Shown: positions 35,147 through 47,331 of the stretch, piece after piece
Layout: each line of letters starts with the position of its first letter
How positions within the stretch are numbered: position 1 is the first letter of the stretch
Assembly: GCA_002269645.1 (NCBI GenBank)
Contig: NIVC01001100.1
Coordinates: 62,001-126,000 of the forward strand
Source of the DNA: Macrostomum lignano
Taxonomy: Eukaryota
DNA: 64,000 nucleotides
Direction: 5' to 3'
Made by a program: the position numbers and the translations under genes
Notes under the pieces: model-generated
Told to the model about the DNA's origin: nothing
Seen by the model: only the letters and a program-made list of their open reading frames with translations
Database searches by the model: none

Positions 35147-38100
35147 CTATAAGTAGTATGATACGATGTAGAGCGAAGCAAAGCCGATGAATAAGCAGAG
35201 CACCTGCAGCAGCGACTCTCTGAAGGCGGGGTAGGAATGGCCACTATTAGCATGAGCTTGATTATCAGCTGTTTTAAGCGAGCTTATCTCTTCAACTAAA
35301 TGTGCCTTTCAAACCGTAACGCGCAGCAAAGCTGTTATCAACTATCTGAGGATCAGAGGGTGCCGGTGGCCCAGCAACTGGGGATCTTAAAGGCTGGCCC
35401 AGCAACTGAGGATCTGGGAGGCTGGCCCAGCAACTGCGGTTCTGGGAGGCTGGCCCAGCAACTGAGCATCTGGGAGGCTGGCCGCAGCAACTGGGGATCT
35501 GGGAAGCTGACGCAGCAACTGAGGATCTGGGAGGCTGGCCCAGCAACTGAGGATCTGGGAAGCTGACGCAGCAACTGAGGATCTGGGAGAGTAGCTTAGA
35601 CACTTAGATATCCCAACTTGAAGCATGAGCACAGGCCAGCAAGCCAGCATACCTGGAGTCAGTCTCGGCCAGAATAGGCGGAGTCAAAGAGGCCAATGCC
35701 AGGTAGAGAAAGCCGCCAGAAGTGAACGGCAGCACAACGGACACAGAGACGGACACGGAGCTGCTTTGGCCCATTGTGAAAGCGAACAGGGCGCCAAACA
35801 GACTGCCGGATGCTGTGAGCAGCTGGGATGATGGAGGAGGTTTGGATAATGATAGCGTGAACACTTTTGTGTATTATCCTTAATTGAATTAAATAACCAA
35901 TCTAAGCTCATATTGACTCATACGAGTGCTTTAATGAATCAAAAAAGAACATAGAGATCGTTTATTAAGACCTACAAGCTCACAAATTATGCTCTCGAAC
36001 CTAAGCTCATAACTATGGTTAGTTTAATTTTATCAGTCAATTTAGCGGGTTTCGACTTCTAAGAGAAATTAATTTCGAGATAGTCCACTCCACCATTTGC
36101 ACGCCAGTGCTCTCAAGTTCGCTAGCAAAGCAAAACAACTCTGAAGCCAATGCTGGAGTGCGTTTTCAGTTTTAACCTGTAGGTGAGGTCTGCAGACCTG
36201 CTTTGACTGTCAGGTTTATCGACACGTCTAGATATTAAAATTGCTAAGTTTATACGACTAGTTAGGTTTAGACCAAGTCAAAATGTAGATCATGTTAGAT
36301 TTAGATCATGTCAGATGTAGATCATGTTAGATGTAGATCATGTTAGATGTAGATCATGTCAGATGTAGATCATGTCAGATGTAGATCATGTTAGATGTAG
36401 ATCATGTCAGATGTAGATCATGTCAGATGTAGATCATGTTAGATGTAGATCATGTCAGATGTAGATCATGTTAGATGTAGATCATGTAAGATGTAGATCA
36501 TGTCAGATGTAGATCATGTCAGATGTAGATCATGTTAGATGTAGATCATGTCAGATGTAGATCATGTCAGATGTAGATCATGTCAGATGTAGATCATGTT
36601 AGATGTAGATCATGTAAGATGTAGATCATGTCAGATGTAGATCATGTCAGATGTAGATCATGTCAGATGTAGATCATGTTAGATGTAGATCATGTCAGAT
36701 GTAGATCATGTCAGATGTAGATCATGTTAGATGTAGATCATGTTAGATGTAGATCATGTCAGATGTAGATCATGTCAGATGAAGATCATGTTAGATGTAG
36801 ATCATGTTAGATGTAGATCATGTCAGATGTAGATCATGTTAGATGTAGATCATGTCAGATGTAGATCATGTTAGATGTAGATCATGTCAGATGTAGATCA
36901 TGTTAGATGTAGATCATGTCAGATGTAGATCATGTCAGATGTAGATCATGTCAAATGTACATCATGTCAGATGTAGATCATGTCAAATGTACATCATGTC
37001 AGATGTAGATCATGTTAGATGTAGATCATGTTAGATGTAGATCATGTCAGATGTAGATCATGTTAGATGTAGATCATGTCAGATGTAGATCATGTCAGAT
37101 GTAGATCATGTTAGGTGTATATCATGTCAGGTGTATATCATGTCGGGTGTATATCATGTCAGGTGCATATCATGTTGGGTGTATATCATGTCAGGTGTAT
37201 ATAATGTCAGGTGTATATTATGTCAGATGTACATCATGTCGGATGTATATAATGTCAGCCGTCAGGGGTATATCACGTCAGGGGTATATCACGTCAGGTC
37301 ACGTCAGGGGTATATCACATCAGGTGTATATCATGTCAGGTTTAAAACACGCCAGTTGTCAGAAACTGGCATACCTGAGCCTTGGCAGCCCGCCATTTGT
37401 GAAAGCCGGCCCTTAGCAGGATGGCAAAGTCTGAAATCTCGTGCGGCACCTCGTGCACCAATATGCAGAATGTGGTGACCAGGCCCACCTGAAAATAATA
37501 GGGGCACGGAAATTTGATAAGCAATCCAATCAGTCAGTTGATGCACAGAAGATGCAGGGTCTAAGCATGATTCCAATGAATGTATACAGCATACTGACTG
37601 ATGATTGAATGGGCCTCCTTTATCGTTTGAATCACGCAAATTTTAACGAAGATTTACGATATTCCGATTACAATTTTTTCATGGATTAGACCTGATTTAT
37701 CATGGATTAGGGAGTCTGTTTACTCTCTGTAACAAAATCCGCCTCTCCTCTGCTCAACATCTATTGCTGCTTTCAGAAGGAATTGAAGGATCTGGTAGAT
37801 GGGGTCACTGAAGGATCTGGTAGATGGGGGTTCCCTGAAGGATCTGGTAGATGGGGGGTCACTGAAGGATCTGGTAGATGGGGGGTCACTGAAGGATCTG
37901 GTAGATGGGGGGTCACTGAAGGATCTGGTAGATGGGGGTCACTGAAGGATCTGGTAGATGAAGGTCACTAAAGGATCTGGTAGATGGGGGTCACTGAAGG
38001 ATCTGGTAGATGGGGGTCACTGAAGGATCTGGTAGATGGGGGTCACTGAAGGATCTGGTAGATGGGGCGTCACTGAAGGATCTGGTAGATGGGGGGTCAC

Positions 38101-40944
38101 TGAAGGATCTGGTAGATGGGGGTCACTGACGGATCTGGTAGATGGGGGTCACTGAAGGATCTGGCAGATGGGGGTCACTGAAGGATCTGGTAGATGGGGG
38201 GTCACTGAAGGATCTGGTAGATGGGGCGTCACTGAAGGATCTGGTAGATGGGGGGTCACTGAAGGATCTGGTAGATGGGGGGTCACTGAAGGATCTGGTA
38301 GATGGGGGGTCACTGAAGGATCTGGTAGATGGGGGTCACTGAAGGATCTGGTAGATGGGGGGTCACTGAAGGATCTGGTAGATGGGGGTCACTGAAGGAT
38401 CTGGTAGATGGGGGTCACTGAAGGATCTGGTAGATGAAGGTCACTAAAGGATCTGGTAGATGGGGGTCACTGAAGGATCTGGTAGATGGGGGGTCACTGA
38501 AGGATCTGGTAGATGGGGGTCACTGAAGGATCTGGTAGATGGGGCGTCACTGAAGGATCTGGTAGATGGGGGGTCACTGAAGGATCTGGTAGATGGGGGT
38601 CACTGACGGATCTGGTAGATGGGGGTCACTGAAGGATCTGGCAGATGGGGGTCACTGAAGGATCTGGTAGATGGGGGGTCACTGAAGGATCTGGTAGATG
38701 GGGCGTCACTGAAGGATCTGGTAGATGGGGGGTCACTGAAGGATCTGGTAGATGGGGGTCACTGAAGGATCTGGTAGATGAAGGTCACTAAAGGATCTGG
38801 TAGATGGGGTCACTGAAGGATCTGGTAGATGAAGGTCACTAAAGGATCTGGTAGATGGGGTCACTGAAGGATCTGGTAGATGAAGGGTCACTGAAGGATC
38901 TGGTAGATGGGGGGTCACTGAAGGATCTGGTAGATGGGGGTCACTGAAGGATCTGGTAGATGGGGGTCACTGAAGGATCTGGTAGATGGGGGGTCACTGA
39001 AGGATCTGGTAGATGGGGGTCACTGAAGGATCTGGTAGATGGGGGGTCACTGAAGGATCTGGTAGATGGGGGTCACTGAAGGATCTGGTAGATGGGTTTA
39101 GTTTGATGATAACTACAACTCATCATAAAATGATGCCAACTCATCATATAAGCTCATAAATCCAACCAAATTGCTCACCTTTACGCTAACAGCATAGCTG
39201 GAGCCTACAGCCAGCCCGTGAGTCAAATTGTCCACAAAGTTGGCAAACAAATTAAGATAGCCTTCAACCTGAATAAGATGGAGAAAATTATTTAATTATT
39301 TTTGGTAAAAAAGGTAACTAAGAGTGACAGATAAAAAACTCGCAAAGTCACCTGCACAGCTGTTGCCGTTTCATCTTCACTGTCACTAGCGGGTGCCCCA
39401 TTCACCTTGATACTGCTGTCTGAATCTGTGCGACCACCGCCCAGATCTGCAAATACTAACAGTTTCTCAATAATGAGAAATGACAGCACACCAACAATGG
39501 TCCACACGCCGACCCAGTTGACTACTGGGTGCTCTGCAGATTCTGAAATTCATAGGACAAATGTGTAATTTGGAGTCATTTATATTAATTGAAAAATGAA
39601 GGTATTTTAAAATCGAGAAACTTCTTCACCAGAATATTTTGATAAGCTTGGAACTCCTTTGGTGGCAGCTTCCCCCAATTCTGCCCATTTCGCTGACTCA
39701 TACACACACTCACAAAGGGTGCACAGTGGCCATGACTTTCTAATCATTAGGCATGTACCCTCATGGGTGGCCCTACATTTGAGCATGGAGAGACTGAACA
39801 ACAGAGTCCCAGCTACAGAGGATGTACTCACTGGATTGAGCATAGGCCTCAGGTAGCAGGTGAAGAAACACATCGCCAAGCATTGATCCAATGCCAAAGC
39901 TGAGAAGGCGGTGCAGCTTTCTGCTTCCAGCTAAAATGGTTCAAAAATGAAGTGCACTGGATTAATCGTAGAATTATTATTTAGATCTAGTTAGAGTACA
40001 CAGACTGCTTCAGACCCTGCTTTTGTGGCAATCTTAAACCAGTTGGGTAACCCTTTCTATAGCTTACTACTAGCCAAAGAGTTTTGGGATAAATGAATTT
40101 ATTATGAGCATATATAGCTGGGACTTAGCATTACCTAGCTATTTCTACAAGTATAAATTTTAGTTGCTATTGACTAAGCATAATTTTGTTTTTTTGATAT
40201 TTAAATTTTGCCAATAAAAAACTCTAAAGTGAATTATAAACAATATAAAGTTACATATCTATGATCATAAACAAGACAATTTAATATGTAATATATCTAA
40301 ACTTTCAATTTTGAAATACAAATATAGATATGATAATATATTTTTGCTTAGTCTTTCAAAGTAAGTTATAGATCATATGTCATACATGCATAACCAAAAT
40401 TTATTTTGCTGGTATAATTTATATTTTATGAAGATGTAACATCTAAAAAGCCTATTGAAATATTGCTAGAATTATATGCAATATATATATTTTCACTCTT
40501 ACTTTAACTTTTATTTCACTCTTATTTAATGTTCTTTTCTTTTTTGATATCTTTGTTTTATAGGTCACTTATATAAGTAATTTTAAACTTAATTAAACAA
40601 TATTTTAGCATATGTATTCAAACTATATATATAAATTTTGATATGTATTTAATATATTGAATTTTGGTATAGTTATATTTAAACATTAAAACATTTGAAT
40701 GATTTTTATATCAAGAAATGTCTTCTCTATTTAAAAAATTTAAATTTTATTAAAAAAATAAATAAATAATACTTGCAATTGCAATATATAAATAGAATAT
40801 TATCTTACCCTTTGACTGTAGATGTTCAGTAAGTTCTGTTGGAATAATCAATAGTGGAAAAATTCCACATAAACCAACAATTAAAGATGATACAATGGGA
40901 AAAAGAACTATAGAAATCTGGGGTGCAAAAAAAGTTGAAATCAT
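35147..40944 (-). CDS. SLC39A13: ZIP13/SLC39A13-like LIV-1 family zinc/iron transporter, 7 exons
   Basis: Exons 40809-40944, 39832-39930, 39352-39542, 39179-39267, 37375-37488, 35653-35822, 35147-35219. Motifs: [43 protein letters not shown] (DNxxH, ZIP13-type TM4), [32 protein letters not shown]. Exon 4 is 89 nt, giving a 1-nt frameshift. Confidence 0.88.
35387..35590. repeat. ~28-bp minisatellite (ggcccagcaactgaggatctgggaggct)
   Basis: In the last intron of the ZIP13-like gene. Confidence 0.85.
36285..37340. repeat. 16-bp minisatellite (atgtagatcatgt[c/t]ag), drifting at its right end
   Basis: Seen directly. Confidence 0.93.
37784..39097. repeat. 23-24-bp minisatellite (gaaggatctggtagatgggg(g)gtcact)
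   Basis: Seen directly. Confidence 0.93.
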
Positions 40945-43457
40945 GGTTTTTATTGAATTAAACTAGGCCTAAAATACTTTAAATTTAATTTTTGAACCTA
41001 GAAATTGAACCAATAATTAGATTTGATTTACTTTCTAATAAAAACTTGCCATTATTTTCTTTTTAACCAAGTCAAAATTGTTGAACTAGAACAAGCAAGG
41101 CAATGCTACTATGCTAATAATAGTAATAGATAGATTTAGTATATTTAGAAAGTAGATTTGTCTAGCCTATCATCAATATTCAAGATTCCTAATTCAAAGG
41201 GGAACTAACTAGGCCTATTCGAATTTTTCAACACTTTCAATTTTTTTAAGAAAAGCGAACTATGTAGATAGCGATACGAGATTCTGTTAGGCCCTAATCT
41301 ACAAAAACTAGATATATTAAGAGTTAAGACTATAATATTGTATAGGAGTAGGCTGGTATAGCCAGAAGCCAGCTAGCTAGCCTGCCCTAATGTAACTGAC
41401 TGTGTTAGTTGTAAAGTGTCCTCACATCAACGAATAAACTTTAAAGGTATTTTTGCATGAAAATCATTTACAACGCCTGTGATTTTTTACTACACTTAGC
41501 CTAAAACTGCAGTCTAACTAGTTAAGATCTGTATTTCAGAAAATTATGAAACCACTACCGTCAGCAAAATTCAAACACGGTATTCTTAATTTAAAGGAAG
41601 CTAAACAATAAAACTAATTTTATTTTATGTAAAAAAACACCGACAGAAAATTGCAATTGCCATTAGCAATACTTTTTGTCTGTCAGATTTTTAGTAGCAA
41701 AGTGCAATAGTATATGAAACAAGTATCTAACTTCCATTTCCGCATCTTCGTAAAGTTATATCATCAGAAGGACAGCTACAGGGCGCATTTCTAAAGTTGC
41801 TATCATTTTATTTTATTTTATAAATCTTGGTTTTCAGAATAAATCGCCTAAAAATGGTAATAAGAATATTTGGGGCTTGGATTATATGTACAATCTTCGG
41901 CACTGTACGTGTGACACTCAGATATCTTCGATCACATACATATGTACACCCAGTGTTCATGCATATTCACACTCAGCAACAGTCAAACCCGCAACCCTAC
42001 TAGACCCAGGGAGCAGGACCGAGAGTTGGAAAACATGGCGTCATTGCAGTGTAGTGAGCTGAAGTCAACGCTCTGCCGATTCTCAGAAGGGTGGCGTGCA
42101 GTTGGCTGATAAGCTGAGATCAAGTGACATATACCAGCATTGAATTGGTCAGCTATGAGCTAGCTGTTAAGGACGACAACTTAAGTCGTCAGTTTCTATG
42201 AGCTTACTGAAACCTCCAGGGGTACTTTTCGGATCAGTATATGCTTGCATGCATAACATACCGTACATCTAGCCGTTTGTATTCCAACCGGCCTATTATA
42301 CTTTTAGACAATGTAAGATCCAGAGCTGAGAAAGTGCTTTTTATACATGCTTTATCGCGGCTAAAGAAGGATTTAAAGAATTAGTAAACGGAGGCCGGAG
42401 GACAAAAATGATTCAAATTTCAACTGTTGATTTGACATTTTTATTTTAATAATCGCAAAACTTATTTTTGCGGTATGCGCGTATTCACTAATCAGTAATC
42501 AGTTACGAGTACAAACGGACATCGAAGACAGAGTTCATGATCATAAAAGCTTCCAACTCAGATCAGAAGTAACCATTCAAAGCTTAAGTACAATATATTA
42601 ATATAATTTTTTCATATTATGATGCTAGCTGCAGAATTAGCAAGTAGGATTATTCAAAACAGCAAGAACCCCCCGGTCTACGTAATTGTACATGCATATA
42701 GCAAGCATTTATTGAGATGCGCTTCTTAAAACGTCAATTATAGCACATAAAAATTTATTGACAATGCAAGAATTATAATAATTGAATGGTTGCAGCGAAT
42801 AGAAAAAACGGATGTAGTTTATGTGGGATCAGCTGTACGTTCCTGTAGTATTTAGGATTACTACACATGTACTTTAATAATTTAGATTCTGAACTAGTGG
42901 AATGGATTTCAGGTGCAGATAAAAAGTACTATACCACATTAAAGACACGCGAAAACAGTCACAGCTGTATGCTAAAACAAATTAACGCAAGTTACAACAT
43001 TCAATAAATGAAAAAATGGACAGAATTGGAAAGAATTTTCCAAAAGTTAGGCAGAATTTTTGTCCGGCTCATTAAATAACTAACTGATTTCGATTTGTCG
43101 AGATTCGATCGACCCAGTCGCAGCTGCATGAGGGGCTTTTGACAGATACAATTGTCAAAACGCAAAACAATAAATAGTAGGGATGATCGCTTTTTTTTAC
43201 AAAAAATGGTTGAACACTTGAACTAAAAATCCAATTAGCAGTTTTTCGAGAGTTTAAAATCTGCAAAGTAGCGCAGTTGCCATATCGAAACAGTATTTCT
43301 GACTTTTGCTTTGGGCCATATAGCTGTGTTTATAAACTCATTCAGATTTGCAGAACCCAAAACACAGACACCCAAATTAGCCAACACCTTCCAATAACGA
43401 TCCTTCGAGGGCTTGACTTTAACAAAACGAGATAAACAGTTCAGTTTACCGGCCGAA

Positions 43458-44150
43458 TCAAATGTCCGAGGACTGGCCGAGCCTCGGCTTCGTGCTCACC
43501 GGCGGCGGCAGCGGATGTCGCTGGTGCTGATAATTTTCCTGATAGGCTGGCGGCGGCAGTCCCTGGGTGCGGTTGATCGACGACTGCGAGTGGGCCGGCT
43601 TGATGCCCGCGGCCAGCTGGTCGCTGCTGCCGGCTCTGTACATGTTGGCGGCCGCGGCCACCGACGACATCTGGCCGTGCGGATTGTTGCTGGCGCCGCG
43701 CTGCTGGAACTGAGGCTGGCCGGTCTGGTGCTGCGACATGTACTGAGCCTGCGCCTGCGACATGTGCTGCGGCATCGTTGCGCCGCCGCCGCCACCGCCT
43801 TCGTAGCTACTTGGCGGAGCGGACGAGAAGATCTGCGTGTTGCGCATCACCTGACCGGCAGCGCTTGGCGGCGGCAGGTAGCCGAATCCCTGCTGCGGTT
43901 CGTCTGTGCGGTCCAGGCCTTTGCACAGGATCTTGATCTGCATGGCGAGGGGGTAGGCCGCCACAGCCAGACCGATTAGAACGAAAATCACGCCAAACAC
44001 CATGAACAGATCGTAATTGGTGCCATCGAATCCGTACGTCCGACCGAAGACAAGAATTAGAAAGCCTAACAAAAATATGAGGCCGCCAACTCCCAGCAAA
44101 GTGTAGAGTTTGCGATACTTGACCACTTCATCCTGCTCCAGGTAGCCCAT
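43458..44150 (-). CDS. Intronless hypothetical membrane protein, 230 aa (2 TM helices, Q/P-rich cytoplasmic tail)
   Basis: Non-repetitive GC-rich ORF with a good start context (gccatcATGG), two hydrophobic stretches (LLGVGGLIFLLGFLILVFG; LFMVFGVIFVLIGLAVAAYPLAM), PPPAY and C-terminal SSDI. AATAAA on - at 42708-42713 and 42754-42759. Confidence 0.75.
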   Translation of the reverse strand: MGYLEQDEVVKYRKLYTLLGVGGLIFLLGFLILVFGRTYGFDGTNYDLFMVFGVIFVLIGLAVAAYPLAMQIKILCKGLDRTDEPQQGFGYLPPPSAAGQVMRNTQIFSSAPPSSYEGGGGGGATMPQHMSQAQAQYMSQHQTGQPQFQQRGASNNPHGQMSSVAAAANMYRAGSSDQLAAGIKPAHSQSSINRTQGLPPPAYQENYQHQRHPLPPPVSTKPRLGQSSDI

Positions 44151-44994
44151 GATGGCGGTTCAGGCGATTGCAAACAAAACAAAAACTAGATTTCTCTGTT
44201 TCTTGTCTCAGTGCTACTTGCAAAGGGTAAAATAGTCAGCATGAACTGAGGTTGGTTAAATAGCTTCCTACTTCGCAGTGCTTGTGCTGCCTGTGCGCCG
44301 TCAGTCTGAGTCAGCCCTTCTCACCGCTCATCAACCCCAACCCGATCTGACCTCGAGAGAGAGAGAGACGAGTATAGCTTGTGCCGCTGCAAGTACAGCG
44401 CCAGTGTACCTTTTCCATTCTCTTACCTTCCTCCCTTATTTTATTTCTTCATGTCTGGCCAACGCTCAGAGTGAGCCAGTGTACATATAGTTCACCCTCC
44501 CTTTGCCCGCCCTCCACAGTGAGAACCGGCTCACATTGGCCGCCATGAAATATGGCGAGGCTACGCAAGACAGGGCGTTTACTCGGGGTGGGGGGAGAGA
44601 GAGTATGGGTAGATGGGATAGCAATCTTCGCTCCACACCCTGACGACTGCCGCGTACACTCTTGCATTAAGTCAATGAAAGGAATGCTAACTAATACAGA
44701 TCCATTAACACGAGTACAGAATGGCAAGCATGCGTCTTGTACTCAACACAGTAAAATGCGAATTTATTTAGGTCAATGCCTTAATCCCTTGGTTCATTTT
44801 AAATTAACCACTGGCCCAATATAATTTTAATACGAGTCTTTGTGACCATGGACGACTTGTACGCAGCCCAAATTGTAGTATTCTCAAAGAACCCCATGGC
44901 ATCCCGTAAAGTACCTTCTAAGGGTGTCCTGCCGTCGCCTGTCGCCTCAAATAATGCTCCCCGAAATGGTTCCAACAACATCCCAAACAGCGTC

Positions 44995-45905
44995 TACAAA
45001 CAGCAAATCAAACAGCACCTCAAACATGCAGTGTCTCAGACACCACTTCAAACAGCACTTCAAACAGCGCCCCCAACAGCACCTCAAACAGTGCCATCCC
45101 AAACAGCACCTCAAACAGTGCCATCCCAAACAGCACCACAAACAGCGCCATCCCAAACAGCACCACAAACAGCGCCATCCCAAACAGCACCTCAAACAGT
45201 GCCATCCCAAACAGCACCTCAAACAGCGCCATCCCAAACAGCACCTCAAACAGCGCCATCCCAAACAGCACCTCAAACAGTGCCATCCCAAACAGCACCT
45301 CAAACAGTGCCATCCCAAACAGCACCACAAACAGCGCCATCCCAAACAGCACCACAAACAGCGCCATCCCAAACAGCACCTCAAACAGTGCCATCCCAAA
45401 CAGCACCTCAAACAGCGCCATCCCAAACAGCACCTCAAACAGCGCCATCCCAAACAGCACATCAAACAGCGCCATCCCAAACAGCACCACAAACAGCGCC
45501 ATCCCAAACAGCACCACAAACAGCGCCATCCCAAACAGCACCACAAACAGCGCCATCCCAAACAGCACCTCAAACAGCGCCATCCCAAACAGCACCTCAA
45601 ACAGCGCCATCCCAAACAGCACCTCAAACAGTGCCATCCCAAACAGCACCACAAACAGTGCCATCCCAAACAGCACCTCAAACAGCGCCATCCCAAACAG
45701 CACCACAAACAGCGCCATCCCAAACAGCACCTCAAACAGCGCCATCCCAAACAGCACCACAAACAGCGCCATCCCAAACAGCACCACAAACAGCGCCATC
45801 CCAAACAGCACCACAAACAGCGCCATCCCAAACAGCACCTCAAACAGCGCCATCCCAAACAGCACCTCAAACAGTGCCATCCCAAACAGCACCACAAACA
45901 GCGTC
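44995..45905. repeat. 27-bp minisatellite (aacagcacc[t/a]caaacag[c/t]gccatccca)
   Basis: ~33 copies; stop-free in several frames. Confidence 0.93.
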
Positions 45906-46369
45906 CAAGCAGCAGCGTTGTTAGATTTTCTAACCTGCCTACTATTGTGGGCTGTGTTCCATTTCCATGCGATAGCGTGCGAGACACCCAAATAATGCCA
46001 TGAAGTTTTGGTCCCGCTGTGACCAACCTGTGCGGCACCAAGTACAGGCTGCTGGCAAGCATCACAGACGTACTGGGACTATGCGAAGACTGCCATCGAT
46101 GCGGTACCGGAACTTAGTCATCTTTTGTAGCCATCGCGCTAACCAGCTGGATGAGCTGCGTCATATTCGAGGAATTCGGACCCTAGAGACGGTCTCGTAA
46201 AGTACTGAGATGGGAGCCCGGCGCTGCAAGGCAGCGAGAAACAGTAATAGAATGGATGTGGCCAACTGCAACATCAATTTAAATTGACACCCGCGGCCTG
46301 TGAAGCAGCAATTCCCGTCAAAGAAAGCATGCAGGCGGACTGAAGGAACGCAGGCGAACGGCTCGAGAT

Positions 46370-46581
46370 TGTGAGCATTCTATGCACCTAAATATTCTAA
46401 TGTTGTTCGTAGTCCTATTTGTACGTGCTTGCGTATGGGGGTTGTTTGCAACGTGCGGCTGCGCCCGTGTGTGTGCAACACCCAAACCCCACCTCAATCT
46501 TCGGCTTATAAAATATATCGATTGTCAGGCCTGAGCGCCAAGTCGGTTTTTCTCGCAATCTCAAACCTCGCTCGTTTTACA
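46370..46581 (+). repeat. LTR1 (212 bp, original 5' LTR)
   Basis: TGTGAGC...TTTTACA, preceded by the TSD and followed by the PBS. Confidence 0.93.
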
Positions 46582-46593
46582 CTGGTGGCAGCG

Positions 46594-47331
46594 ATGGACT
46601 CAACTCACACAAGTGAAAATAATGCTGCTTTGCTACCGCCGAAATTCTACGGCCAGTCAAACGTGCACAAATGACTCAGTGTCTTCGAAGACTTTGTAGA
46701 GGACAAAGGCTGGGACGACGCACAGTCTGCTTCGAAGCTGAAGCTCCTGCTGGAGCTCGTTATGTCCGGCCTGACCTGGGAGGAGGTGCTAGTCTACGTG
46801 GACGACTTGATCGTGTTCAGTCGGAGCTTCGAAGAGCATCTGGCCAGCCTGCGCAAAGTTTTCGACCGGCTGCGAGCTGCGGGACTGAAGCTCAACAAGG
46901 ACAAGTCGGTGTTCGCTCACAGGAGCGTGAAGTACCTGGGCCACATCGTCAGCCGGGAAGGAATTCGGCCGGATCCGGACAAAGTGGAGGCCCTGGCCAA
47001 GATTCAGTCACCAAGTTCTGCCGAGGAGGTGCGACGATTCATCGGCATGTTGTGCTTCTATCGCAGATTCATCAGGGACTTCAGCAAGACAGCGGCACCA
47101 CTGCATGCCGCAACACAGAAGACGGGCTTCACCTGGACAGACGAGTGCGAGACGGCCTTCCAGACGCTCAAGGAGCAACTTGTTTGGAGTCTCAAGCACT
47201 TCAGAGCCTACCTGTGCAGCGTGAAAAACTTCACTGTGTTTACCGATCACCAGCCGCTCAAGGGCCTGCTGCAGACCAAGGAGCCAGAGGGTCGGCTGGC
47301 ACGTTGGCTCGACACCATCCAGCAGTTCAAT
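46594..47331 (+). pseudogene. Unit 1 gag/RT fusion remnant (1988-bp deletion)
   Basis: gag ..aagctcctgc|tg|gagctcgttatg.. RT; junction at 46751-46752. Confidence 0.88.

Noticed and set aside
44842-46065. Mucin-like (TAPSQTAPQ)n 360-aa ORF and overlapping ORFs
   Set aside because: The 27-bp repeat is stop-free in at least four frames on both strands, so ORF length carries no information; no supporting gene structure was found.
44500-46360. Exon-like fragments (e.g. YVCDACQQPVLG) on the - strand flanking the 27-bp repeat
   Set aside because: Splice phases did not chain and there was no convincing domain match.
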